Below are positions 26,186 to 40,312 of a DNA stretch of 64,000 bases, in pieces; the first letter of the stretch is position 1; each line of letters starts with the position of its first letter. The stretch lies in contig CM120645.1 in NCBI GenBank assembly GCA_051362555.1, positions 18,104,001 through 18,168,000 on the forward strand, written 5' to 3'. Below the pieces are notes generated by a model. It saw only the letters and a list, made by a program, of their open reading frames with translations, had not been told where the DNA came from and made no database searches. Origin of the DNA: Lingula anatina (taxonomy: Eukaryota > Animalia > Brachiopoda). Made by a program: the position numbers and the translations under genes.

Positions 26186-27973
26186 GACTTTTTGAATTAA
26201 AATGGAGAGAACAGACTAATTTGTTCGGTTACTTGTCTTTATATATATATATATATTCTTTTACTCATCGTTTAAAGGTGGTTTTTAGAAAATAAATAAA
26301 TAAATAAATAAATGAGAAGAGTTCATAGCACTCGAGGCAAACGCGGCCACAAAAAGCTATATATTCGGCTGAGAGGGTGACCGAGAGGGATTCAAATAAA
26401 GAATATTAGTGAATACGTAGCGTTTTCTTGAGTTGTTTTCTGCACAGTACATATCAAGATAACCAATAGTTTTTCCGTACCAAGGGTTATTGTTAAATCA
26501 CAATGGAAAGTTCCTCAGCACACAGAGAGCCGTAGTTGATCAGGGAAGTGAAGCAATGTTGGCAGTAAAAATATCAGTAGAGACGGACTCTGAAATGTAG
26601 AAACTGAACTTTTTCTCTTTGATACATACGTGTTACCGAACCTGAACTATGGAAGCGAAGTCTGGGAGTTTCGTAAATCGTCAGTTATACATCTGCAATA
26701 TTGTTAATTGATCTTGGGAGTAAAACCCTCTTTACACTGGACAGCGACCATGAAACTTGCCAGGTTGCCGTTGGACGCTCAAAGAACACACGGTGATCGC
26801 TTAGGTCGCACACAGAACGTTCGAGCATCGTTTATCGGTCTAGCGGGAGGCAGTATAAAGATCTTAGAATGATAGCCACTGAACGTCGATGAAGGTACAG
26901 AGTACGTAACGAAGGGTTCGTAAAGAACCCTTGAACCCTGTAGGTTGTGCAGGGGACGCACAGGGAGACAGGCGGGTAGCTCAATGGACGCACAGGTCGC
27001 TCGCTGTTTTACCAGTAAAACCTATATTCGGTCGTTCAAAGAAGGCACAAAGGACGAAGAAGCACTTACACTGAGACACGATTTAATTGTTTTTTCGACA
27101 ATTGAGCTTCTTGACCACATTTTTGATTGTAGAAGGGACGCTGAAATGACGCCGTCCACTGTAAAGGGGACTAAATTTAAAGTAACAAAGTTGTGCCGTC
27201 TGCTGTTTATAAAAAATTAAGGTAATTCCCACTGTGTAGGGAATTAACACGGGGTTTTTAAATGTTATTCGAGGTTGAGCATTTTAATTCAAGCGAAGGA
27301 CACATTTTGCCTGCACAAAGTGAACTATTTATTTGATTTTTCAATCAACAACCAATGACTTTCATTGTGTGACTTCACTGAACAAGCAGCGAGTTATATG
27401 ATACAAAAACAGTACCAGTGGGTTTTACGCTTTTTGAAAATTTCAAATTGGGGAAATTTCAATATCAATAAATTAAAATTATAAAATTTTAAATGTCAGC
27501 AGGTCCCGTATATAACTGATAATAACGCATGGAATTATTCTTGTTGTTCCGTGATCCAACCATATCACAATGCAGCAAGCCGTCAATAAACTAGCAGTGT
27601 TTCCTCCTTAATATCCTATGACCAATTAATAATCAGAATAATTCCTAATTTTGACAACCATTAATTTCTCAGGATTAAGATAGCATGTGTATTACATATT
27701 CAAAATATCAATGACCTTCTTCTTTGCATTTCTTTGTAAATTGATGTTGATATTTGAAACCTTTCCAGTCATTTTAATAATTTGTTGTTCTTTTTCGGTC
27801 ACAATTTTATTATCTTGAAGCACCGGAATAATCAAAACATGCATTTCTTTTCCAAATAATTTTTCTAGTTTTCTTGGATCTGCGCATCTAACATTCATAT
27901 GTAAAAATCAAAGCCGGTACAGATCAGATATCCCATGTATCGTCATCAGCACTTACGACTTTAGTTCATGCAT

Positions 27974-28345
27974 CTAAAAGCATTGCTTATAATATCTAAG
28001 AAAATAAAACAATGTCGAAGCGAATGCCTGATTGCTAAATGCATGTCTCCAAGGTGGAAATGAAGCGAAGTCAGTCTCGTTCTCACTATCCGCCGAGGCA
28101 TCAATGTCCTCAATGTTGCCGATGTCTCCTTCCATGACATATTTGTTTGCCCCGATAGATGTCATCTGGTGTGTGTAGGCCATGGGGGACGATCTACGGG
28201 GATGCTCTGGCGTGGAGCTGACTTTATATTTCTGTCCCCAGAAACAGCGATAGGCAATAACAGCAGTAAGGCACAGTGTCACCACTCCACCCACTGAAGC
28301 CCACCGTCTGGTACCATGGTTCTTGTGGGGACTTTACAACAGTCG
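27974..28345 (-). CDS. Last exon: juxtamembrane region, TM helix and cytoplasmic tail (frameshifted)
   Basis: Acceptor tctctttatttcag. The entering frame reads ATVVKSPQEPWYQTVGF, while the hydrophobic VGGVVTLCLTAVIAY-RCFW and the acidic tail are in another frame. Confidence 0.7.
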
Positions 28346-28719
28346 CTGAAATAAAGAGAATATAATTTGTTTCATTTACTTGCGGCAATTTTTTTTCTGT
28401 ACATCATCCTCGGTTTACCTTCTTTGTGTCTTTCATTCTTTTGGTCATTTTACTTTTTTCTCAGCTTGGCGTGTTCCCATGACACGTTATTTGAAAATAT
28501 ACAGGTATGTGTTAAGAAAACATACAGGTATTGCACGTATAACTAAGGACTTAGGGTCATTTGGTAAACGTATCATTATAAAATTACCCTATTAGCCTAC
28601 ACATCACCGGATGTGGAAATTACTTACTTTTTATCAGGTGTTTGTGTTCGTTTAGATAAAAAGGGGGATTCAATTCATGCGTGTTAACTTGGTCATTGTT
28701 TTGAGCTACTGTAACATAC

Positions 28720-29700
28720 CTTGTTTTGTCGTCGTCTTCGGCGTTGGTACTGTCCCACTATTTGTCACTTTACCCGCAGTTGAAGAACTCCCAAGTGTCG
28801 TGGAGACCGGTGCTACGGTGTTAGTCGTAGGGTTCACAACGACTGTATCATTTCGTTCCTCAACAAGGTGTCCGTAGACAGAAATAACAACAGGCAAGAT
28901 GGCGGACTTTGGTGGCTCTCCTCCATCCTCCGCCAAAATGGTAAGGTCATATCGATACTGGGCTGGGTAACGCACGACGCTCAGCTCTCCGGTGTCTTCG
29001 TTGACAGCAAATACAGCATCAGGGTTGCTCTCGTTGGTTATAAAGTGTCGAACCGTTCCGTACGACCCACTGTCTTTGTCTGTGGCCAGGAACCGCCCTA
29101 CCGTGCGTCCTAGCTCGCCGCTGGCATTCACTGGAATCTCTGGGAAACCAAACAACTGGAAAAGTGGTGTGTTGTCGTTGACGTCTTGGACAATGATGGC
29201 GACCTTGGTGGCAGCACTCTTGGGCGGTACGCCCTTGTCGGATGCCACTACTGTCATAATGAACTCCTGCGGAAGACTGTCGTAGTCCAGTTTGGCTACC
29301 ACTGATAACTGTCCCTGACTGTCCATGTTGAAGAACCGCTCCGCTCCGTTGCTTCCAGAGAAAGTATACTCTAGTTTGCCATTTCGCCCTGTATCTAAGT
29401 CTGTCGCGTTAATCATGGTAATGTTCTCTTGAAACACGATAATAGTTCCTGGTGGGGCATTTTCCGGCACAGTGCCATTGTACCAGTTGTATGCAAACAC
29501 TGGGCTGTGATAGTTTGAACCAATTTTAATAGAACAGTCGACGCCGTCGTATTCATCCAGACATTCGCACTGGTTAGGTGAGACGCAACTTCCATTACCA
29601 GAGCAGTTGGCCACATCACTGCAGACGGGCTCGTCACAGCGTTCACCCAGCCAGCCGGGAGAACACAAGCACGTGTCCAAAGATACACAAAGTCCATTGC
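28720..29700 (-). CDS. Exon with 2 EGF repeats, 2 cadherin repeats and a Thr/Ser-rich stalk
   Basis: EGF Cys spacing. Cadherin motifs PVF, PENAPPGT, ATDLDTGRNG, LDYD, ASDKGVP, DVNDNTPLF, ATDKDSG and AEDGGEP. Donor CAAG|GTATGT. Confidence 0.95.
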
Positions 29701-29994
29701 CTGCATAGAGGAAAGACAAACACAAGTATGTCACATAGCGTAATATAGAAAGAGGAACAAATGCAATCGTTGCGGATGTAACACATAAGACTTATGACTT
29801 TTATTTTAAACTAGTTTCTTCCGCACCGTGTGCAAACTCCCAATGAACGCATTACTGGCAGATACCTGCTGGTCAAGTGGATGTTTTAACGCTTTTCTTT
29901 GAAAATAAACGGGTTAGTCGCACAGTTAGAATAAATATATACAACCATATATAATATGTCATTGTGGGTATGAATTGAGTTATACAGTTATTAC

Positions 29995-32900
29995 CAGAGC
30001 AGTATCCAAGAGCTTCACATGAGAAATTAGAGCAGTCATTTCCCCCGAAGCCTGGGTCACAGTTACAGAGGTTGGGCTCCAAACACGCACCGTGTCCTGA
30101 ACAGTTGTTTACGGCAGAACATGAGACGGTGTCACACGTGTCGCCACGGTAGCCTTCAAAACACCTGTTACAAATATTTTAGAAGGGAGAAAATAAAATC
30201 ATAAATACATGTACTGTTTTCCTCCCTCAGAAATTCTCTAAATTTGTCATACGGCAAATTGTAAAAATTATAATAACACTTTTAAAATCGTCTTATTTTA
30301 AGTGTCATAAATGGACCCAGCCTATGCTTTCACCAAACATATATTTTAAAAACCGTTGTTACGTGTCACTTTCGTAGACAATTGCTGTGGGATTTCTGTT
30401 ATTAAGATATAACCAAATGTTTGCCACCTCTAAATGAAGGTATCATTCCCTTCAAAGGCAGCGCATACACCGTGGTCATTACAACCATTTAACGATGTGC
30501 AATTCTTCATTGCAGTGCAGTTTTCACCATGGTAACCGTCATAACACGTGCACGTGTGAGGTGACGTACACACCCCGTGTAGGGAGCAGTCATTATTTGA
30601 AGAACAGTCTGGCAGAGCGCAGCTGTCACCTTGCCAACCATTGTCACAACTGCATACGTCGTATCCTTTACACTGACCGTGGCCTGGAAAGGTAGATGCT
30701 TCAACATTCTTCTAATTGAACTACTGATGATAACGCATATGACAGTGATGTATAATAGCATATCGTATAGTACTGCTTTATTCTATCACATATTGTTACA
30801 TGTCGCATTATACAAAAACGTTTTGTTTTTTTTGTTTTTGTGTACTTTATCAAATGCATCCCTTTTTTCATATCATTCACGTAAAAACAATCGTGAAAAT
30901 CTCTCCTATGAACAACACACCTGAGCACGCCGCCAGACGTTCACAAGAAAACTCTGTGCAATTTGGCCCCGCCCATCCGCTGTCACATTTGCATACGTCA
31001 AAGTCCACGCAGACCCCGTGACCGGAGCAGTCAGACACGTTGAAACAAGTTGCAACGATGCTACAGTCACTACCTAAATATACAGAATTGAAGACGTGCG
31101 TAAATTAGTGTTCGTGTTTTTTTTTCTTCTTTTTTTGTTGTTGTTTTTTTTTTTTTTGCCACAGAAACTTCGTAAATTAATTTGAATATACAGGTAGGGT
31201 GCATGAAATACTTTTCTTCTTAGATCGATCCAACTGCACGGGGACTCTCGCTGAATGCAATCGAATTAACTACATGACAAGTTTCCTCGGGCGTTAGGGG
31301 TGATCTCGGTGTACGCTCTGGTTCTGGAAGATTTTGCCATTTGCCTTATAAGCAAACAAGTTAATCCTTATTGTAATGCATACCCACAAATCCTGGTTGA
31401 CAGCGACACCTGTTGGTCCTGTAACACGACACCATGGTCCTCAATACATACCCACAAATCCTGGTAGACAGCGACACCTGTTGGTCCTGTAACACACACC
31501 GTGGTCCTCAATACATACCCACAAATCCTGGTAGACAGCGACACCTGTTGGCCCTGTAACACACACCGTGGTCCTCAATACATACCCACAAATCCTGGTA
31601 GACAGCGACACCTGTTGGCCCTGTAACACACACCGTGGTCCTCGTCAGTGCAGTTATTCACATACAGACACGTGGCTGGAAAAGAGTACGGCGTTGAAGT
31701 TATTAGTTCATTTTAGGAGAGTATGTTCTGTGTGGTATATGGCACATTACGTTATGCATCACACACACATTCCTCTTCTATACACTTACTCATATTAAAG
31801 CGTTACTCATGTGTTGTTGATGCAATGGTATGAAGCTTTCTATCAAACACAATATTATTAAAATAAAATACACCTGAATTAGATTAACTCTACTCGATAT
31901 AACTTCTTGTTTCTATATGCTTTTTACATGTCTCTTCGTGACCGAAGAAAAAAGACTTGAGGTCTAGACTGCGATACATTTGTTAATAGAGGTTGTCCGG
32001 GTTCTCAACGAGAAGACCACATTTCTCCGTGATTTTACGAGATCTGCCTTGAGGTGGGGTTAAAATATGGAGACCACAAGGAAGTAGAGCAGCGATTTCT
32101 TTACTTGAAAAATAGCTGAACTTACAAAATTTTTGAGCTACAGGCTTGTTCTTTTTTCACTTTATAAAGAAAAAGTATTGATATGATATGTACGTACAAC
32201 TGACATGTTGAATTTGCCAAGCTAAGAGCCGATGACGCTTGCAAAGCAAAATTCGCCCGGAGGACGTACTACGCAGCAAAGGTCGCGTTTAAACAGGCTA
32301 CATCACCAGAGATTTGCTTGTGGTGCAGGAAAATGACATTAGTTATACGCATGCCTTTTAGATGAAAGTGGCTAGGATTGAATGAGAATCGGACGGATGA
32401 TGCCCCGGCAGCTTCCAATTATTGTTTTATTATTTATTTGTAAATAAAATAATCCAGTGCTGTCAAGGGCTTAATTGCTTCAATTTTAGGTTATCATAAT
32501 TACTATATTTAAATTGTTAACTCCAGCGTATTGCAATATGAAATTTCCTACTTCTGTTTTTTTTTTTTTTCTTTTTTTGCAAATATTCTTCAATCAGTGT
32601 TGGCTACAAACTTCCTTTTTCACTATTTCCCTGATGTAGATGTCAAGAACTTTATATAGTTATCCACTCTTTTTCATTTTTAAATTGTCAATTTATATTA
32701 CTGTCTTTGGAATTTTGAAGAGATGCTTGTCTAAACATGCCAGTGGGTGCAAAATAAACATATTAAAGATATTGTTCATTTTTTATTGTTCTTCATTGAC
32801 TGGTCATTTCATGAGATCCATTTGAACAACAAAAGCTTTATAACTGCAACTATTTTTTCTTTATAAATGTTTTACTATTAAACTTTATTTATAAAGAAGT

Positions 32901-35226
32901 AAAATAAAATCATTTGACATTTCATTTACTGATGGATGGCATATCATATATATTAGACTTGCCTGCATCTTTGTTTTAATTTCACTAAATTTATAGTAAC
33001 TAATTCAAAAGGCTCAAACTTGATCATAAAGTTAATTTTCTTCATTTATTTACTTCTGAAAATGATGCTATAGAAACTAATGGATAGCATTGAATGATTC
33101 ACAAAATGTAAGTTTCATTGTGATCAGATCCGACTTAAATGACAGGAAAGGTGACAAAAGAAAGTATTAAAATGGACAACATATAAGTTGAAATTTTCAC
33201 AAAATCATTGCATTTTATTGACAGTTATACACAAATACAACAAATAAACACAACATCACAGGCGAAGTTGTATTTGTGATCTGAGTAAATGATATGAAAA
33301 ACAGGTGTCATATAGTTATTAAAAAGTCACTACAGTAACATAAGAATGACACTAGCAAGAAAAATTATTTTCTTCATTAAATTACTAGTGCAGTTCAATA
33401 CATAGGCCTATATATATATTCATAAACCAAATATTTCATTTTAAAGTAATAAAGAAAATGCCTGATACTGTAAGTGACACCCAGACAAAAATGCCATCTG
33501 TTGATTCCTGATATAATTAAGTCAACAACATAATAACTAAGGACATACAATCTTCAACATCTTGGGGGGGGGGGGGGGGGGAGGGTTCGAAAAAACCACC
33601 CTTTTTGCTGGGAAAAGGTCCACTCTGGGTACAATTTGATCTATGTACTTGAGGATTTTATGGTAAAAGGTCCACTTTTTGAGAAAACGACCCCCCCCCC
33701 TCTAAAATTGCTGGCTACGGGCCTGATTACCGTAAAAGACTACACAGTGTATTTATCACAAGTACTAGGGCTGTATAACAAACCATGGTGTCCTGTAAAC
33801 TACACACACAAAATTTACTTATTAATATGCCCTCGACCGTTGATGATACGGTCTATACGGTGATGCCATGAAGCCAGTGACGTATCGGGTGCGAGTTGTC
33901 TGCAGTTGGTCCCTTTCTTCCTACAAAATACTGCGACCTGATCTGTACTTTAAATATGTCGGCACTTAGTCCTTTTAATCTGATCAAGCCCAACTTCTCT
34001 TTCTTTACTTCATTTCTCTCGCCAGTCGTGTCCGTCATCCATGGTCATTTTCCTGGTTTTATTGCTTAGCTTTAACTGCAATGCACCCTACGACACAACG
34101 TTGGCAATTCGCCATTGCGTTGCTCTATCTCAAATAACATGACAACGCCAAATTTTACTCAATGCAATCCTATAACATAGACTTGTGCCCGACCGCGAGA
34201 GAAGTTTCAATAGCAGATTTTAACCCCACCTCTCGTGAAATCTCGCTCCAATCCAGGTCTCGTTTGACGTCATCTGCTGCGCAGATGTTCAAAATAGGCT
34301 ATCTCGGACCGTCCCTATTAACAAGACTGATGCCGTCAGAGGAATGTGTGGTGGTGAGGCGTGGCGAGCGAAAGGGGAATAAATGCTATACAGTACGCAA
34401 CTTTGACTATCATACAAAATAGAGTGCTCCAGAAGAGCAATCTAGTGCATACAGTAAACGGGTGTTTTGTAAGTTCCCTATAGTTACCTTTCTGGTCACA
34501 GGCTGTCCCTTCCCAGCCCACAGTACACACACAGAAACCGCTGTCACACACACCACTGACGCAGGCACCACAGGAACCTGTATGAACCGGAGTGATATTG
34601 GCGTTAGTATTGCCACTTGTATTATAATTCAAAACATATCTAAATTTTTATAAAAACACTATTATTATTATTATTATCATTATTGCACAGAGCAGTGGGT
34701 GTCACAGTTTCATACATATTTAAAAACGTGATTTTGTCAAACGCATTTTAGAAACAAAAAGGAAAAGAAAAAAGTGGAAAAATATCCATAAAGACTTTGA
34801 ATATCTTTTTGCTAAGATATGTGTCAATTCTACATGAGGCACTAAATGGCCGCAAATTGTTTCCATAATGTCGAAAATGGGTTTCTTTTTCCTAATTTAG
34901 TCAGGTTTGATAATCTACACGTTTTTAGGCAAAAACGTGATGGAAATATGAAATATTGTGTTTTGGTATTTAATTTGCATGAATTATGCGTGTCTCTATG
35001 GATAATTTTTTTGCTTCTTTTGCCCAAGGAACATTCATGCCAAGTTAGACATTTGTACAAAAAAATGCAGCGTTTGGCCCCTTAACAAGCCTACTATATA
35101 TATGTGGGGCGTTGTCCAGGGTGACATATAACCTACCTATAGAGCAGTCAGTTCCAGTCCAGCCGTGGTTACATTGACAAGTGCTGTTCACACACCTCCC
35201 TTTACCATTACACTGACCAGGACAAC
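29995..35226 (-). CDS. Six exons of tenascin-type EGF repeats
   Basis: For example [28 protein letters not shown] and [30 protein letters not shown]. Three exons are symmetric 90-nt phase-1 exons. In-frame TAG at 30430-30432. Confidence 0.9.
31379..31643. repeat. Four tandem copies of a 67-68-bp unit made of an EGF exon 3' half plus its splice donor
   Basis: catacccacaaatcctgg starts at 31379, 31447, 31514 and 31581. The minus strand encodes [19 protein letters not shown] followed by G|GTATG. Confidence 0.95.
31984..34320. mobile_element. Possible old non-autonomous DNA transposon in an intron
   Basis: Imperfect inverted ends ttgttaatagaggttgtccggg vs reverse complement ttgttaatagggacggtccgag. 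GC-richer subterminal regions around an AT-rich core. Confidence 0.4.
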
Positions 35227-35672
35227 CTGGCAATAACGTTACATTATAAGACCACAGGCACAGATATGGTTGTATTTGCACTCAGGTTTGCATATTATTG
35301 TATACTTCTAGCAAAGGATATTTTACTTGAAATTCAGCAGTTAAAATAACACAAAATAACACGGATATTAATAAACAATGCAATAAAGAATATGTGCACA
35401 TGGAAGCTAATGCATGCGTTTTTAATATCCATTAATATTCTCAGTTCTATATATTGGTTATTTTATCTGATTGTGCCATTGTGTCTTTATATTTATCCAA
35501 CCCTTTACGTGTTGCCAGAATGATTCAACAATAATAATAAAAGTCTGATATGGCGTGAATCTACAAAGTATGTTACCGTTTTGATGCCGTATATGTATAT
35601 ATTAATTTTTATTTAATTCAAGCAGATGAGGCAAGGAGTGGTGTTAGAGATTCTCTATATATTAATACTCAC

Positions 35673-35790
35673 CTAGTTCATATGTTTCTTGGTTGGAGAA
35701 AGTGATATCTTTCGTGACCACGATGTCATAGACACACTCCTGCAGTAACACCCCCTCCAGTCCTTTCCCCTGACATACCGTCTCTGCAGC
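35673..35790 (-). CDS. C8-like post-VWD exon
   Basis: AAETVCQGKGLEGVLLQECVYDIVVT matches the A...C........C.YD pattern that follows VWD domains. Splice phases fit both neighbouring exons. Confidence 0.8.
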
Positions 35791-38700
35791 CTGAATATTG
35801 GGGTAATGACGGTATAGCATTATATAGGTTGCAAATGTTAATGTCACCTACTCGGGCTCATCTTTACACCTTACCGACTATGCTGCTAATTTTAATAATC
35901 CAATGATTTGGGGTATTTGAAAATAATTGCAACAGTTTTCTAAAACTATGCTGTAATGTAAAGCACAAGTGAAGCATATGCAACAATACCTGTATATAAC
36001 AGTTCTTTATCATTTAATAAAAGTCTTCTTGAACAGACCGGTGTCATATTAAGTATCTAATCAGATTGTTTATCATACGTTTACAGCATACAGGGTTGCT
36101 ACTTAATATGGAATATTTTTCATCATTGTTATTTTCGAGTGCTGATTAAATTTTTTTGGGCTTGAGTCATTAAAAAAGTATGTCATCGAGTAATAATAAC
36201 AGCCAGTCTTCTGTTGTGAGATATTTTGGTCAATGATATCAAATCTGACATAAGATGCCATTCAAAAGAAAGTAACACCCCCAGAAAACCATATCAACAG
36301 TTTGATGTCAGTATTAACTTTAAGCTAAGATATTAAAGAAAATGATGTGATATGTGATATGTTACACAGTCAAAGAACTCACTACAGTAAATCATGAAAA
36401 GTCAGTAATTGCGGGTATGACCTCCAGCAGCCGCTTGCAGCGCCCTCATCCTACATGGCATACCCTGTGACACGTTTTTTAGAGTTTGGGTGGGGATATC
36501 ATTCCACGCAGTGATATTTGCCTGTCGCAGTTCATCACTATTTACCGGTCGATGACCATAGCTATTAATTGTGTGAGTTACTTTTGCCCAAAGTTTTTCA
36601 ATTGGGTTCATATCTGGAGAGTTTGCAGGCCAAGGCAGTTGCTGAACCCATTGGTTTTGAAGAAAAACAGTGATTCGTCGGCCTCGATGTGGGGTTGCCC
36701 AGTCGTCTTGGTACACAAAGTTGTTCATGAAGATGACTCTTACCAATCAAAGCATTGTTTGCTGTAGAATGTCTCTGTAGGAATCCTGAATGAGGTTGCC
36801 TCCTAGAAAAACCAACTGGTTCTGGGCACCGACATGAAATGCTCCCCAAACAGAGACGTTACCATCCCCTGCTTGCACTCTAGGCAGTACACAATCATCG
36901 TTTTATGCCCCTCGTACACGTCGGTGTAAACGGATTCGACCATCAACCCTAAAAAATCCATATCTGGCCTCATCACTGAAAACGACGTGTGTTAAGATAC
37001 TTCATGGTATATTACCACTTCACAGGATAAGAATTACTACTTCATGATAGAAGGCGACTTCATTGGTTAAAAAATAAGGACCCTTAGGAGACTCCGTAGT
37101 ATATTACCACTTCATGGTACATTGTATCCAAACATGTTTCAGTTCTGGTTGGATGTGGAAATTAGGCGTAAAGGTCGATATGATGTTTCATTCTAGACCT
37201 TGATCACTGCATGAAAAATCAGCTTTTATATATCCTGAAAGGCGATCAAAAGGCCTCCTTTTATTCACCTTCTCACACCTTTCCTAGACCTTTCGTTTTT
37301 TTAGGAAAGGTGTAAAAGACGATCTTTTAAATGACTTTTGTATAAGTGAAAAGGTATACAAATGGCCCACTTTTCTTCACCTTTTCTCTACTCAAAAGTT
37401 TAACTTTCATAAACCTTTTGCTGCAAAAAGACGATCTTTTGCTTGAAGAAAAGGTATTCTCAAGTTCATCATTCATCAACTTTTTGCATGCTAAAAGACA
37501 TATGAAAGACCCACTTTTCTCTACCTTTTCCTGCTAAAAAGTCCAACTTTCAGATGCCTTTTGTGCAACTTTTCAGATACAAAAGATAACCTTTTCAAAC
37601 CTTTTTATTTAAGAAAAGATTGCATTTTTCCTTCTTTTGTTACGTATTTTAATGTAATATTTTTTGCCGCGATTTAATAATATATTGATAAACAGAACAA
37701 CACATGGTATAAATTTTAATAATTTATTCCATTATAACATTTTTGTGCAGGTTGCGCTTGTCTTTTGAAAGTTTTTTGATAATCCAAGGACATTTGATTT
37801 TTTGTTTTGATTATCCAAGAAAGGCCCAGGAAATGTTCTCTAAATGTACTTTCAGCCAGATCCACTAGTCCTACTATATATGCATAAATTCCCGCTCTCC
37901 TGGGAGTAGTTTTCCTGGAATCGTCTGTCAAGAGAACACTTTGCCTGCCCAAATCTTTGTCTTTTGCTTCCTGAAAAATAGGATGCATGTAATGATAAAT
38001 GCTGTTTTGGGTAACAGTTCATTTTAATGCTAATCAAATATGATGAAAACAATGGCAACTTTTATGATGTTAGAAGTTTTTTCAAACTATGGACTTAAAG
38101 CCATCAAAAGTCTTAAAAGAGAGATTTTACAAGGTTTAAACATGCTTCTATAATAGTACCTCCTTCCTTTTTTTCCATATAATTTGTTTCAGCTCATCCA
38201 GTCCTTTTGCTTGTTTTAGAACATCCTCCTACTTTTCAGAACTGTAGTATCTTTTAATGGCACCTGGTAAATAGATAAAAAGAGTGAATTATTTGAGTGT
38301 AATATCATGCAAAAAGTTTTCAATTAGGGCAATATGAATAATGAAATAGCTACAAGTAATGATGAAAATATGCATTCATGATTACTGCTAGGCAACTTGA
38401 TTGGGCTTTGTACAGAACTTATATAGGCTCCTGTATTACATACCCCATTCTTCTCTTCCAATTTTTTTGCCTTAGTCCATCCACTTTGCTTGTTTTATAT
38501 GCTGTTCAGACAGCCTGTCTTTTAATAGCATCTGGAAAAGAAATAGATATTTTAAGATAGTGAATTATTTTAGTGTAATATCATACAAACATTTTTCATT
38601 AATAAAAATATGAATGCTGAAATAACTACATGCAATGATGAAGATATTCATGATTACTGCTTAGGGTTCATACAGCAACATAAAAGCAAATTGAATGACT

Positions 38701-40097
38701 TCTGAGGCTCTAAATCAATAACTTTTCAATAACGCAATGCATCTTACTGTCATTTTTAAGTTTGCATACAAAAGAGGTGCATCATTCACACAAACTTTGT
38801 ATTTTAATGATAATGAAACATGAGAAAAAAATTGACAGATTAAAAAGGGCATTCCCCCAGCATGTCTACATTCAGGTTAAAAACAAGGTTTGAAATAATC
38901 ATTCGACAAATTTCTAACTGATCAAATCCAAGAATTTTTTAGGGAAAATGATAAATACAAGCCCTTTGTAAGGCTAATAACAATTTCAAGTACTTTTAAT
39001 GTCATAAACAGACTGAATACGTGTACAAGGGGCAATATATACTAGATTCAAGCACTTAAAGTGCTGTATGAACCCTGCGAGTGAACCAGTGCATTGATTA
39101 TATAACCCTGCCTGGAATTTAGGTCAAGGAATGTAGGTAGACTCTATGGGATTAATACAGGCCAGTTATATACATGTACAGAATCTTTACTTGTACGCGG
39201 GGCCGTACTTTGACGTAAACTTTTTGCAGTGTTCTAATAAATAGGACAGAGTGTTCGATTAACAATTGTTTCACGATCGTGATAATCTTTTTTCAGCACG
39301 GTCTGTTCTCCGTGCATAAAACCCATCTTGGGCGTCAGTGACACGGTTGTTTGTTCCCTTATTATGACTGATTCAAATGTTATATTAGACCTACCTGATG
39401 CATTTACTCATTCTCTTCATCCTCATCAGTTAAAATATCGCCGCAACAAATGCCATCTTGCAAAGAAGTCGACCATAATCAATACGGTGGCTTGGAAATT
39501 ATCTTCTGTGACCAGCCTACACAGACTTACAGTCCGCGCATTTTCAACCGCCTGGCCTTGCGCATGCGCAGATAGTCTGTAATGGGATATCTTTCGCGCC
39601 GATTCTCTAGCATTGACCTATAACGCAGTATTAATGGCAGAAAAGCTCGCACGGCAACCTTTAACTTCGTGTTTTACTCAAGACTAAAACAGCAAGAGAC
39701 AATTATATAGATCACTATAGACACGGGGCAGACGGTCATCGTTTTACAAGGTAGGTGATATAGTGATTTCAGTTTTGTTCGCACAGTGTATGTTAACACA
39801 AATTATAGCAAAGCATACTTCTGGGATTAAAGCGGGAATCTTTCTCGACGCACTGCATGTTGCAGGGTAATTTGGCCGTCTCTCGAGAAAGGATCGAGTT
39901 AAACTGAGCTTCATTGGGCTTGGCTTTTGTCTGTTCTAACGTTTGACCTGTTACTCACTGTGAATTTTGGAAATATATGTGCACGTCCACGATACGGGGT
40001 AACAACAAGGGGTTGTCATTTTTAAAAGTGTTAGAATATTCCCATGTGTTGGATTACAAGGGGGTGCTTTAATGTGAAAGGGGATGGATTCGACTTA

Positions 40098-40312
40098 GAC
40101 CCCATTTCCAGAGATTAGATCGATCTACTTAAGATCGACCTAACTCCCTGGGGGTTCACGCTAAATAGCTGTCAGCCGAGCGGACACGAAAGTTAATTAC
40201 CCCCTTACAGCTTGTAGTAGGCAGGACGGACATTTTAGCCGGATTATATGACAGTAATCTAGTGAGACTCCTTGCGGGGAGAGATCGATCTAAAAGCTCT
40301 GGGAATACAGCC
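40098..40312. mobile_element. PIF/Harbinger-like MITE
   Basis: TTA TSD (40095-40097 and 40313-40315) and imperfect TIR GACCCCATTTCCAGAG / GGCTGTATTCCCAGAG. A reverse-orientation end fragment of the same family lies at ~24035-24128. Confidence 0.7.

Noticed and set aside
26320-27240. GC-richer segment that might be a gene or a TE
   Set aside because: I could not find TIRs, a TSD, consistent splice sites or protein motifs, so it is left unannotated.
28677-29285. Plus-strand ORFs overlapping the cadherin exon
   Set aside because: They are antisense shadow frames of a GC-richer coding exon and have no motifs.
31379-31643. Regularly spaced short repeats resembling a CRISPR array (also 40960-41710 and 47111-47300)
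   Set aside because: Whole units repeat with no unique spacers, there are no cas genes, and the context is eukaryotic.
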